In this document: positions 9,286 to 18,420 of the stretch, piece after piece
How the letters are laid out: the number at the start of each line of letters is the position of its first letter
How positions within the stretch are numbered: position 1 is the first letter of the stretch
Origin: a virus
Strand: one strand, 5' to 3'
DNA: 39,765 nucleotides
IMG/VR virus record: IMGVR_UViG_3300029115_000083
Program-made: the position numbers and the translations under genes
The notes under the pieces: generated by a model
Seen by the model: only the letters and a program-made list of their open reading frames with translations
Told to the model about the DNA's origin: nothing
Database searches by the model: none

Positions 9286-9988
9286 TGATAATCTCTACTC
9301 CTTCATCCTCATCACCGTTTCCACCACTCATTCTGGCGGTGTTTGTGCGGATCTGCTCAATTCTGGCTTTTTGTTCTTCGCTTGCAGCTTCCCAGTCTTT
9401 ATGCAGCATTTCATCATACTGCTTGATCATTGCCCGGAGCTCCCCCTGCGCTCTTGCCTGAGCTTTCAGGAAGTTCTCCTGTTTATCCCAGGCTTGCTGT
9501 ACTTCCCATTTCTCACCAATCACATTTCCATCTTTTTCTTCTACCTTCTCAACAGTCTTGTCTGCCTGATCCTTGACATATGCAATCCTCTGCGCCCTGA
9601 CAATTGCAGCATAAGCAATCTGTATCTGATGCCACAGCAGATCAAGTGGATCAGCCTGTTCAATGGCAGAAAAAATCTCCCGTGTTTCCTCCGGGAGATA
9701 CTTGCTGAAGAATCCGTATTTTTCAGCATTCTTATTCTGTTCAGGTGCTCCACCGCCATTTCCGACAGCATTTTTATTCTTTGGCTGTCCACCTCTTTTT
9801 CTTATCCGAACGTTCGTTTTCTTATTCGAGCTCCTATCCGAGCGTTCGTTTTCCCATTTATGAGTACACTTCCAACGCCGAACTGTTCCTTCTGGCAAAC
9901 TTAGCCGGTTTGCAATCTCAACCAACTTCATGCCCTGTAGGTACATGGCTTTCGCCTGTTCAATTCGTGGATCCGGTGCTCTCGCCAT
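9218..9988 (-). CDS. terS: Terminase small subunit with N-terminal HTH
   Basis: 256 aa. The N-terminal IEQAKAMYLQGMKLVEIANRLSLPEGTVRRW is an HTH. It lies immediately upstream of terL, with a 68-nt overlap. Confidence 0.8.
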   Translation of the reverse strand: MARAPDPRIEQAKAMYLQGMKLVEIANRLSLPEGTVRRWKCTHKWENERSDRSSNKKTNVRIRKRGGQPKNKNAVGNGGGAPEQNKNAEKYGFFSKYLPEETREIFSAIEQADPLDLLWHQIQIAYAAIVRAQRIAYVKDQADKTVEKVEEKDGNVIGEKWEVQQAWDKQENFLKAQARAQGELRAMIKQYDEMLHKDWEAASEEQKARIEQIRTNTARMSGGNGDEDEGVEIINDAPEETGPDIGDHNSEVSADI

Positions 9989-10025
9989 GTACCATCACCT
10001 CTCATTCGTGTTGTTTTGACTTTTG

Positions 10026-10508
10026 CTAATGCTCATCATCTTCCTGAAATACCAATGCGCCAACCGGTATTGTGGCGTCTTCATTCTTTTTTATTTCTTC
10101 TCTAATCTCCTTATTTTTGCCCCTTGTTATCGTATCTTTTAATGCCGCCCAAACTGCAATGCACACTGCACAACACACAACAATTTCTATAACTCTCATC
10201 AACAATTTCTCAGGTCTTTTTGTATCGAAAATTGCAAGCAAAAATGTTCCTACAGTAGACATTCCAAAACCGATATTCAAATTTGTCTTTTCTGCCACAA
10301 TTCCTTTTGCCAATCTATAAGCCTTCCGCTTTTCTTCTTTTATTACTTTAACTTTTCCTCTGTCATTCTTAAGCAACGGTAATCTAGCGCTTGCATTTTG
10401 CACACCTTCTAGGATATTATCCTTCCCCATATTTATTCCGTTTAATGAAGCAAATAAAAGTCCCATTATCACCAAACTATTTCCAATTCCCCATAATATT
10501 ATATCCAT
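10026..10508 (-). CDS. Hypothetical multi-pass membrane protein (AT-rich moron-like gene)
   Basis: 160 aa with about 3 hydrophobic helices and SD ggtggaggg. One 60-nt line counted by hand is 28% G+C, against 47% in a capsid-gene line. Confidence 0.7.
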   Translation of the reverse strand: MDIILWGIGNSLVIMGLLFASLNGINMGKDNILEGVQNASARLPLLKNDRGKVKVIKEEKRKAYRLAKGIVAEKTNLNIGFGMSTVGTFLLAIFDTKRPEKLLMRVIEIVVCCAVCIAVWAALKDTITRGKNKEIREEIKKNEDATIPVGALVFQEDDEH

Positions 10509-10537
10509 ACTTTCCCTCCACCGATAAATCTAACCTC

Positions 10538-10566
10538 ATAATACCTCTTTTTCTGGCACTTGGCAA
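10538..10566 (-). promoter_or_regulatory. Sigma-70-like promoter TTGCCA-17-TATTAT upstream of the 160-aa membrane protein and late operon
   Basis: On the minus strand, ttgcca (10566-10561), a 17-nt spacer and tattat (10543-10538) lie about 30 nt upstream of the ATG at 10508. Confidence 0.4.
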
Positions 10567-10567
10567 C

Positions 10568-10593
10568 GAAAAAGACGACCTGTCACCAGATCG
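10568..10593 (-). terminator. Candidate intrinsic terminator between late activator and late genes
   Basis: The minus-strand RNA cgaucug-guga-caggucg forms a 7-bp stem with one G-U pair, followed by ucuuuuu. Confidence 0.4.
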
Positions 10594-10693
10594 CCCTTTT
10601 ATCACACTTACCGTCGGAGAACTTATTGTGAAAATGTCACATCCGAAAAGCTCTTTTCTTTCGCTTCTCGATGTTATCATAATACCACAGATG

Positions 10694-11125
10694 TTACTGA
10701 CATTCACTGACATCTTTCCTCGGAAGCCGAAAATTTACCAGTGCCTTCCCGTGAAATCTGTAGATCTGTCGTTCTGAAAACTTCATCTTCTCTGCAATCT
10801 CCCACCAATCCATCCCACGAATATACCGGTAAAACAGCACGTCTTTCTCATTTTCGCTCCGCAGCCTTTTGATCTGCCGTACAATCTCCTGATATTCCAC
10901 CATCCGCATATATCGTTCTTTTATCAGCTCCGATACCATACGGTCAAGCTCTGCTGCATAACCGGACAGATCTCCCTGACTGCTCCCGTGTGGCATCCCA
11001 TCATTATTCATCGATGGGGAAATCTTCATAGATCGCAACTCTGCTATTTCCGCATTGATTCTATGTATCCTCCGGACATGGATCCTGTACTGTCTCAGAT
11101 ACTCTTTCTTTTTCTCATTTTCCGT
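10694..11125 (-). CDS. Late transcriptional activator, sigma-70 region-4-like (RinA/ArpU/DUF1492 type)
   Basis: The C-terminal DVLFYRYIRGMDWWEIAEKMKFSERQIYRFHGKALVNF is a region-4 HTH, and the gene sits just upstream of the packaging genes. The start is ambiguous (11125, 11176 or 11200). Confidence 0.7.
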   Translation of the reverse strand, partial: TENEKKKEYLRQYRIHVRRIHRINAEIAELRSMKISPSMNNDGMPHGSSQGDLSGYAAELDRMVSELIKERYMRMVEYQEIVRQIKRLRSENEKDVLFYRYIRGMDWWEIAEKMKFSERQIYRFHGKALVNFRLPRKDVSECQ

Positions 11126-11327
11126 CATTTCTTTTTCTTCGGTCTGCAATGGTATCCACCTCCGCTGTAATGTCATACTTCTTCGCCAGATATTCCGCAA
11201 CGCTTACGCTCTGGTAAGCCGGTCTTTTGAATCTCTCCAACGCCTTTGCATCATGCCGGCTCTCCAGTTCCTCATAATGCTGCTGTCTATCCCTCCGCTG
11301 CTCTTTTCTGCTTCGTTTCTCCTGCAA
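11115..11327 (-). CDS. Hypothetical small basic protein
   Basis: The ORF track gives 11115-11372. A TTG at 11327 is preceded by aaggtg right after the upstream stop. I recognise no domain. Confidence 0.4.
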   Translation of the reverse strand: MQEKRSRKEQRRDRQQHYEELESRHDAKALERFKRPAYQSVSVAEYLAKKYDITAEVDTIADRRKRNDGK

Positions 11328-11338
11328 ATTATCACCTT

Positions 11339-11638
11339 CTATCCTCTGAACACTTCCGGAAGCGGCATCCACGCCACAACCTTATACGGTTCTCCCTGTT
11401 CATCGAACCAGACACCTGTCTGGGAATAATACAGCGTTGTTGCCTTATCTGCTCCCTCGATCGTGACCAGAAACTCCGCTGCATATGCACTTCTGACATA
11501 TGATTCTATGAACTCCCGTTGATTTGGGAGTCTTTCTGTTGTTGGAATCCATCCATGCTCTTCCTTGTATTTTTCTACCGCATCCTGCCGAAGCATCTCA
11601 ATCAATTCTGCAATATTCCCTGTATCACTCGATTTCAT
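11339..11638 (-). CDS. DUF551-like protein
   Basis: 99 aa. GWIPTTERLP...VVAWMPLPEVF matches the DUF551 pattern (W..LP...WMPLP). Confidence 0.6.
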   Translation of the reverse strand: MKSSDTGNIAELIEMLRQDAVEKYKEEHGWIPTTERLPNQREFIESYVRSAYAAEFLVTIEGADKATTLYYSQTGVWFDEQGEPYKVVAWMPLPEVFRG

Positions 11639-11644
11639 TATCTC

Positions 11645-11842
11645 TTACCTCCAGACTTTTTCAAAACATCCCCGATGCAAAAATACTTCTGTCCCACGTT
11701 TTGTTTTTATGTATTCAACATCTGCCAGTTCATCACTCCCCCGGATATATTCTTTACACCCGGGACAAATGGCACATCCCCCATGCCTTTCCTTGTACTT
11801 CTCCAATAGACTCTTTTTTTTCTTGTCCGTTAATTCAATCAC
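11645..11842 (-). CDS. Small Cys-rich (zinc-finger-like) protein
   Basis: 65 aa with CAICPGC...HRGC. Its start overlaps the SNF2 stop by 4 nt. Confidence 0.55.
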   Translation of the reverse strand: MIELTDKKKKSLLEKYKERHGGCAICPGCKEYIRGSDELADVEYIKTKRGTEVFLHRGCFEKVWR

Positions 11843-13227
11843 ATTATCCCCTCCTGACGGATCTTCCGGATTCTTGCTTTCAGGCTTTCCATTACCCAGT
11901 TCTGGACATCCTCTTTCTTCTCCAGTGCTAGCATGACGTCCTCATCACGGGTTCCACTGCACACCAGATGATGAATGATCACTTTTTCTTCCTGCCCTTG
12001 TCTATGCAGTCTTTTATTTGCCTGCGTATATAATTCATAGTTCCAGGTAAGACCAAACCAGATCACATGGTTTCCACCCTGCTGTAGGTTCAATCCGTAA
12101 GCACTGCTTGCCGGATGCGTCAGTAAAACGTCCACCTCATGTCGGTTCCACGCATCCTCGTCCTCAGTTGTCCTCAACTCCCTCACCCGGAGTTTTAACT
12201 TTTCCAGTGCTTTCAGAATCCGTACCCGGTCATGCTGAAAATTATAAAACACAAGGACGGATTTTCCATTCAGGCTCTCAATCAGTTCAAGGAATGCCTC
12301 TATCTTGCATCCGTGGATTTCATGTACTTCATGATCCTCGTCATAAATCGCCCCGTTCGACAGCTGTAGTAATTTATTGCTCAACGCTGCAGCACTGGTA
12401 ACACTTATCTCCTCTTCGTCTTCCGGAAGAGCCAAAACCATCTTTCTTTCCAGTTCACGGTATGCCTTTTCCGCTTTCACGTCCAACGTGACCGGGATCT
12501 GATGGTAAATGATATCCGGAAGCTGCAGGTAGTCTTCCGCTTTCATGCTGATGCAGATATCCGAAATCTTTTCCAGAATGCTCTCTTCCGTTCCTGGTTT
12601 TGCCCTGTAGTTATAAATCACATTCTGTCCTCTGTCTCCCGGATCAAAATACCGCTCCCGGAACTGGGTATATCTTCGGCCAAGTCTTTCACCGCCGTCC
12701 AGTAAAAAGATCTGGCTCCAGAGATCTTCCAGTCCGTTCGGTGAAGGTGTTCCGGTAAGTTCCACCATCCGGTTAATGTGACCACTCATACTTGCTAGTG
12801 CTTTGAACCTTTTCGCTTTGTGGCTTTTGAAGGATGAGGACTCATCCACGATCACCATGTCAAACGGCCATGCTTGCTTATAATAATCCACCAGCCAGCA
12901 TACGTTTTCCCGGTTGATGATATAAATGTCTGCCGGTGTATTCAGCGCCCGGATCCGTTTTATCTGGCTTCCCAAAACCTGGGATTCCCGAAGCATCTTT
13001 GTATGCTCCCATTTGTCTTTTTCTTTTGTCCAGGTTCCTTCTGCCACTTTCTTCGGCGCAATCACAAGCACCTTCCTCACCAGGAACCGGTTGTATTTTA
13101 ATTCTTTTACTGCCGTCAGTGTTGTGACGGTCTTTCCAAGCCCCATATCCAGGAACAACCCGATCTTGTTAATCTCTAAAATCTTTTCGATGCAGTGTGC
13201 CTGATATGCATGTGGTTTAAATTCCAT
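11839..13227 (-). CDS. SNF2-family DNA helicase/translocase
   Basis: 462 aa with Walker A LDMGLGKT, a DESS (DExx) box and C-terminal helicase motifs (QANKRLHRQGQ). Confidence 0.9.
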   Translation of the reverse strand: MEFKPHAYQAHCIEKILEINKIGLFLDMGLGKTVTTLTAVKELKYNRFLVRKVLVIAPKKVAEGTWTKEKDKWEHTKMLRESQVLGSQIKRIRALNTPADIYIINRENVCWLVDYYKQAWPFDMVIVDESSSFKSHKAKRFKALASMSGHINRMVELTGTPSPNGLEDLWSQIFLLDGGERLGRRYTQFRERYFDPGDRGQNVIYNYRAKPGTEESILEKISDICISMKAEDYLQLPDIIYHQIPVTLDVKAEKAYRELERKMVLALPEDEEEISVTSAAALSNKLLQLSNGAIYDEDHEVHEIHGCKIEAFLELIESLNGKSVLVFYNFQHDRVRILKALEKLKLRVRELRTTEDEDAWNRHEVDVLLTHPASSAYGLNLQQGGNHVIWFGLTWNYELYTQANKRLHRQGQEEKVIIHHLVCSGTRDEDVMLALEKKEDVQNWVMESLKARIRKIRQEGIM

Positions 13228-13501
13228 TCCACATCTCCTCCAAAAAATTTTCTACGTCCTTCGCTCCATACAGTACTCTCACATTCTGACCAAGTTTTTC
13301 CAGTCTTGTGATCTGCACTTTCTGCAGACTGGATAATTTTCCCGACTCCGTTTTCAGTTCCACAAACATCGGTGCCGTATCCGGCAGAACCACGATCCGG
13401 TCCGGCACACCATCATTCCCCGGACTGACGAACTTATATGCCCTGCCGCCCATTCTCCGGACACCATCCACCAGTTTTTTCTCAACCTCGCGTTCAAGCA
13501 T
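13217..13501 (-). CDS. VRR-NUC domain nuclease
   Basis: 94 aa. GVPDRIVVLP...FVELKTESGKLSSLQ is the VRR-NUC PD-(D/E)XK signature. Confidence 0.85.
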   Translation of the reverse strand: MLEREVEKKLVDGVRRMGGRAYKFVSPGNDGVPDRIVVLPDTAPMFVELKTESGKLSSLQKVQITRLEKLGQNVRVLYGAKDVENFLEEMWNGI

Positions 13502-13504
13502 TTA

Positions 13505-13705
13505 TCACACCTCCAAATACCAAAACCAGTTCTCCGTAGATTCTCCATCAGCCGTTTGGTGAAATGTTTTTACTCCCAGATTCTTTCTTGCGGTCTTTAA
13601 CTCTTTGCGGGTAAATCCATTTTTTAACGCCCGTTCCCTTACATCATCGCAGAGTACTGTTCCCTCTGTCTGCAACAATATTTCCAACCATTTCTCGCAA
13701 TTCAT
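13505..13705 (-). CDS. Hypothetical small protein (possible wHTH)
   Basis: 66-aa ORF with SD aggagg, the first gene after the 260-bp non-coding ori-like region. Confidence 0.6.
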   Translation of the reverse strand: MNCEKWLEILLQTEGTVLCDDVRERALKNGFTRKELKTARKNLGVKTFHQTADGESTENWFWYLEV

Positions 13706-13723
13706 TTCTGCCTCCTGTGTTAC

Positions 13724-13999
13724 TGTTCCTCACGTACACATGTATATGGACCCCCGTATTATGTACGTTATATACGTCATGTACGATTTTTATTATTTAT
13801 TTTTTTATTCATATATAAATTATGGCAACATTAGTAACATATTATAGAAAACCCTTTATTTATCAGGCTTTCAGCGTTGCTTTGTCTGTTGCCTTTTCTA
13901 TTTTCTTATGCAACATTGGCAACATCTCTATTTTTTGCCCGTTGCCGTGTTGCCGTTAAGTTGCCGTTATTTTTCAAGTATGTCAACACTTCTGGCAAC
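13724..13999. repeat. Iteron cluster plus AT-rich tract; candidate replication origin
   Basis: GTTGCC/GGCAAC hexamers occur at 13824, 13888, 13918, 13941, 13949, 13960 and 13994, with near-copies at 13876, 13910 and 13982. Three form a tandem GTTGCCGT array. An A/T-only run lies around 13785-13822, and TGTACG repeats lie at 13735-13790. Confidence 0.5.
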
Positions 14000-16390
14000 G
14001 CGTTCAAACCCTTTTTGGATTCCGTGTGGACCATATCTGCGCTTCGACCGATTTGGTTTCCATCCTTTAATCCCACTGAGTATCTGGTTGATCTCCCTAC
14101 TGTCTGTCCGTTTCATATATCTTGCATCACCGCCAAAACACTCTGTCCATATTTCTAATGAACATACTTTATCCCTGTCTACAAGCTCCGTTTTTTCGTC
14201 CAGATGGAGATTCCCATTCCAAAACTGTTTCCTCTGAAGCAGGCTCATTGAGTCCCAGTTATCCGGTATTTTCCGTTCCAGAAACTCCCGGATAATCCCT
14301 TCTTTTCCGGAAGACTCCCTGTGGCTTTCCTGCATCTCCAACGCCATTTCTTCCTCTTCTTTTGACATATACAAGGGCTCTCCCAGTTTCCAGTACATAT
14401 AGGCTTCCGCCCATATCTGATCCACTTCTCCGGGCAGATCATTCCACACGGATTTCTTAGCCGGATGCACGCCCACATCCACTGGCCAGAACCGGCGGTT
14501 TCCAGTCATATCCTTTAAAAATTCCTCTTCATTACTGGTTCCGAAGAATACACAGCGTCTTGGATATTTATTCGTCCTGCGCCCATATGCCGCACGGTAA
14601 ATGTCGTCTGTCTTGCTGAGAAACTGTTTTACCGCATTGGTTTCCTGCTTGGTCATGGCAGTCAGTTCCCCTACTTCATTGATCCACGTGCCTTGGATCA
14701 GTTCCGCGGATTCTTTTCCTTCAAATGAAGTCAGAGAATCCGAAAACCATTCCTTTCCAAGAATGCTCAAAAAGGTGCTTTTTCCGATACCCTGCGGACC
14801 TGTAAAGATTGGCATGTAATCATATTTCACTGCTCCGATCACAGCCCTCGCAACTGCAGCACACAGAGATTTCCGTATAACCGCCTGCGTATAAAGATTA
14901 TTTTCTGCCCCCAGATAATCGGAAAGCAGTGTATTTACCCGCCTTACCCCATCCCAGGTAAGACTTTTCAAATATTCTTTCACGTCATTGATTTTGTTCT
15001 TACTACTCACGATCAGGAGCGCGCTGTCCAGCTTATCCCTGCCGGTAATGCCGTAGAATAATTCCATATAATTATAAAATCCGGCGTCGTCTTCATCTTT
15101 CCATCTGCGCTTTCCGTCTTCTTTGCTCCATGGAACTCGTCCCAGAATGAGTCCACAGCTTGCAAATTCATCCGTAACGATCTTCCCTTTTAATAAAGGA
15201 TCATTCTCCAATACCAGTACCGCATTGTTGATTGTCTTTGAGAATTTGCCATTTCCATCCCTTGCAAGACGGTCCAGCCACGCAAGATCTGGTTCCTCCG
15301 GATCAGTTTCTTTTGTATCATAAGAATCCTGTGCCTTCTCAAAGGTTTCTTTTGCCATCAGCCCGGATACCGTTTTATCATTGCTGGCAAGCTTTGTCAT
15401 TGCTATAAAAGATGGAAGCTTACTGTTTGGTGTTCCCTCTTTCGCTTCCTGATCCCGATCTCCAAATTTATGTAAACGGACCAGATCGAATGCATTCACC
15501 AGAAGACCGGAGCATGGATCGGTTGCGTGGTGGCTGTATAAAAACAGATCCCCATCATAAACGATTGCCCCTCCTACCGTTGTTCCACCTGTATAGGTAT
15601 ATCTTCCTTCCATATCTGTAGGTTCATATAATCCTGGAATAAATTTCTCCATCGCCTGCGTGATACTGTAGGTTCTGCAGAATGCTCCGATGATCCCCTT
15701 CTTTTCTGTTGGATTTTCCTGTTTTGCCAGTCTGCGCTTCTCAATTGCTTCTGCTCCTGGTACTCTTGGCCACTGTACAATATCTGTCCAGTCGCCATAC
15801 ATTCCCAGAAGTCCCTGCAGGCTACAAAACGGGCGGTCGTATACTTCACATACGTACTCACTGTTTTTACAGCAACTTGGCCAATACATCAGCCGTGCCA
15901 CGTCAAAGGTTGTCGGATCACAAAACTCGATTCCGATCAGAGATGCCAACTTTCTTGCTGCAGGCTCATACTCATCTGCCGAAGCTGTCCGGTCTAATGG
16001 CACAATCACCCTCAGTCTTGGCGCATAGCCACTATGCTTTCTTGTGCTGTAGACTGCAGCATTACATCCAAGTCCTGCCACACGTTTCAGAATGTCCTCT
16101 GTCTTTCCTGCTGGGATATTATCCAAATCCAGCGTCAGCAGATCTCTTCCTTCCACGTATGCTGCTTTCCGGATATCCCCGGCAAATGTACCTCCGACAA
16201 ATCCACCAACATCCTTCAGCTCGTCCTGCTTTACCTTGGCATAGCTTAAATACTCTTCCAGTGTCTCTGTACTCCGGGCTGGTGTTCTTAATTTTTCGGT
16301 GAACTCAGCCCATGTAATTTCCGTTCTCGGCCAGTGTTTGGTTTTTCTGGTCCCTGCTGTACTGATCAGCATCTTTCTGTTATTTTCCAA
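13967..16390 (-). CDS. DNA primase-helicase (N-terminal AEP prim-pol, C-terminal VirE/D5-like P-loop NTPase)
   Basis: 807 aa with N-terminal LLTLDLDN (DxD), Walker A GPQGIGKST and VirE-family sequence around FFGTSNEEEFL. Confidence 0.85.
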   Translation of the reverse strand: MENNRKMLISTAGTRKTKHWPRTEITWAEFTEKLRTPARSTETLEEYLSYAKVKQDELKDVGGFVGGTFAGDIRKAAYVEGRDLLTLDLDNIPAGKTEDILKRVAGLGCNAAVYSTRKHSGYAPRLRVIVPLDRTASADEYEPAARKLASLIGIEFCDPTTFDVARLMYWPSCCKNSEYVCEVYDRPFCSLQGLLGMYGDWTDIVQWPRVPGAEAIEKRRLAKQENPTEKKGIIGAFCRTYSITQAMEKFIPGLYEPTDMEGRYTYTGGTTVGGAIVYDGDLFLYSHHATDPCSGLLVNAFDLVRLHKFGDRDQEAKEGTPNSKLPSFIAMTKLASNDKTVSGLMAKETFEKAQDSYDTKETDPEEPDLAWLDRLARDGNGKFSKTINNAVLVLENDPLLKGKIVTDEFASCGLILGRVPWSKEDGKRRWKDEDDAGFYNYMELFYGITGRDKLDSALLIVSSKNKINDVKEYLKSLTWDGVRRVNTLLSDYLGAENNLYTQAVIRKSLCAAVARAVIGAVKYDYMPIFTGPQGIGKSTFLSILGKEWFSDSLTSFEGKESAELIQGTWINEVGELTAMTKQETNAVKQFLSKTDDIYRAAYGRRTNKYPRRCVFFGTSNEEEFLKDMTGNRRFWPVDVGVHPAKKSVWNDLPGEVDQIWAEAYMYWKLGEPLYMSKEEEEMALEMQESHRESSGKEGIIREFLERKIPDNWDSMSLLQRKQFWNGNLHLDEKTELVDRDKVCSLEIWTECFGGDARYMKRTDSREINQILSGIKGWKPNRSKRRYGPHGIQKGFERVARSVDILEK

Positions 16391-16404
16391 TTTCTGACCT
16401 CCTG

Positions 16405-18375
16405 CTAATCTTTCATGTAATAATTACCTTCAAAGCCGGCACCTTTCAGGATAAGCCCCGGCGCCCATGCAATCGGTTCTGCCATCAGATCACAGATCTC
16501 TTCCACGGTAGTTCCCGCCGGCGCATCAATGATCACTTCATCATGCACGTGGAACACAACCTGCAGCCCCTTTGCATCAATTCTTCTTAATGTCTCTGCC
16601 AGGCAGTCTCTCGCAATTGCCTGGACAATATTCTCTGTCATTTTTCCACCATAGGTAGAAGTCACTTCCCATTTTCTGGTCTGCTGTCCCACGGTGTAAT
16701 AATGGATTGCCATTTTTCCAAACTGATTTTCTTTCAAAAATGGTCTTGGATAGTATAATTTTCTCCCACTTGGGAGCTGTACCGTCAGGAAACTTTGACC
16801 ATAAACAATATCGCTCTCCAGATTAAAAATCAGGTTATAGATTGCCTGTGGCTGCGCTGTCTGCATAACCGCAAGAGCAGCTTCCTCTACTGCATACCAC
16901 AGATCCCGGATTCGTGGGTTCGCTGTTCTCCACCGCTGTACAATATCCGGAAGTTCTTCCTCTGTCAGTCCCATATTCAGCGCCCCCATTGCAATCAGTG
17001 CATTGGATCCGCCCTGATATCCCAATGCAAGTGTCGCTACTTTCCCTTTCTGTCTCAGGGCGTACTCCGGGTTTCCTTTTGCTATTTTTTCAATCGGTAC
17101 ATGGAACATCTGGGAAGCTGTTGCCTCATAAATCTTTCCATGAGTGGCAAATACTTCATTTACCCATGTCTCTCCAGCAAGCCAGGCAATCACTCTGGCT
17201 TCAATTGCAGAAAAATCCGCAACTACAAACTTATTTCCTTCTGACGGAATAAATGCAGTCCGGATCAGCTGCGATAAAGTATCCGGCACATTTCCATACA
17301 GAAGCTTAATACCGGCATAGTTTCGTTCTTTTACGAGTTTCCTCGCATAATCCAGTGTCTTGATATAATTTCTTGGAAGATTCTGCATCTGCACCAGACG
17401 TCCCGCCCAGCGCCCGGTCCGGTTGGCGCCGTAATACTGCGTCAGTCCACGAACCCTGTCATCCGGACCTTTTGCAGTGTCCATAGCCACATACTTTTTA
17501 ATGGATGTCTTCCCCAACTGCTGTCTGATCTCAAGCGCCCGCCTTACATTTTCCGGTAGCTCTGCAGATAATTTTTCGGATACGGTTGCCTTCTGCAGGT
17601 TTTCCATTTCCACTCCATTTTCATGCACCCAGTTAAGAAGCTGCGCGGAGCTGTTCGGATTTTCCAATCCCGTTAACTTCCTTGCTTCATTTTCGAGAAG
17701 AGCGGTACTTTGTTCGTTGACCTGCAGCGCGCCATCGATCAATGCAGTATCTACCTTTACCCCGAATGCATTCATGCGGATATCCATCTGCCATAATTTT
17801 TCTTCTTCATCCGGTACCGGGAAAACATCCAGTCTCCGGAGGATCTCGCTCTCAGTCACAACGTCCTGTCTGCAGTATTCTTTGAATAACTCCCACTTCT
17901 CCGGTGCATGTCTCGGAAGATTCCATGTCCTGTTTCCATTACTCTTTGTAGGTTTACATGGTACGCAAAAATACCGGATCAAAGCTTTTCCGGTTGCCAG
18001 CTTTCTTTTATCCTGCGGAAGTCCGATCGCCTTTCCCGTAGCATCAAGTCCTGCGGTATACCCACAATAAAGTCCGTGAATCATAGTACATCTCCACTGT
18101 TCCAATGGTGTCACGTACCCCGCACGATTCAGACAATACCATTCAAATGCTGCGTTATATGCATGCTTAACTGTTTCTGGATCCTTTAGTGCTGCAACGA
18201 CTTCATCCGGTATTTTCTCTCCCTGTTCCAGATCAACAATCTGAACAGCATCATCCTTAAACCGGTATGCAAACAAAAGTATCTTAAAATCATCTGACTG
18301 TGCATACCGGTACAGTCCAGCTTTTCCAATATCAATGCTGCTCCTTGTTTCAATGTCGATGCTCAACTGTTTCAT
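16405..18375 (-). CDS. Family A DNA polymerase with 3'-5' exonuclease domain
   Basis: 656 aa with Exo I SIDIET, motif A DFSAIEARV, motif B RQKGKVATLALGYQGG and motif C VHDEVI. Confidence 0.92.
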   Translation of the reverse strand: MKQLSIDIETRSSIDIGKAGLYRYAQSDDFKILLFAYRFKDDAVQIVDLEQGEKIPDEVVAALKDPETVKHAYNAAFEWYCLNRAGYVTPLEQWRCTMIHGLYCGYTAGLDATGKAIGLPQDKRKLATGKALIRYFCVPCKPTKSNGNRTWNLPRHAPEKWELFKEYCRQDVVTESEILRRLDVFPVPDEEEKLWQMDIRMNAFGVKVDTALIDGALQVNEQSTALLENEARKLTGLENPNSSAQLLNWVHENGVEMENLQKATVSEKLSAELPENVRRALEIRQQLGKTSIKKYVAMDTAKGPDDRVRGLTQYYGANRTGRWAGRLVQMQNLPRNYIKTLDYARKLVKERNYAGIKLLYGNVPDTLSQLIRTAFIPSEGNKFVVADFSAIEARVIAWLAGETWVNEVFATHGKIYEATASQMFHVPIEKIAKGNPEYALRQKGKVATLALGYQGGSNALIAMGALNMGLTEEELPDIVQRWRTANPRIRDLWYAVEEAALAVMQTAQPQAIYNLIFNLESDIVYGQSFLTVQLPSGRKLYYPRPFLKENQFGKMAIHYYTVGQQTRKWEVTSTYGGKMTENIVQAIARDCLAETLRRIDAKGLQVVFHVHDEVIIDAPAGTTVEEICDLMAEPIAWAPGLILKGAGFEGNYYMKD

Positions 18376-18420
18376 GTTGTTCTCCTTCTGATAGCTGAAG
18401 AGGGCTTTTTGCCCTCTCCC

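Noticed and set aside
9188-9904. Long plus-strand ORFs antisense to well-supported minus-strand genes (for example 9188-9904, 238 aa; 29066-29878, 270 aa; 3452-4078, 208 aa; 31188-31769, 193 aa; 17477-18070, 197 aa; 36504-36941, 145 aa)
   Set aside because: They lie fully inside genes with clear homology-like motifs on the other strand. They have low-complexity, Cys/Phe/Leu/Ser-rich translations and no SD sequences. These are typical shadow ORFs.
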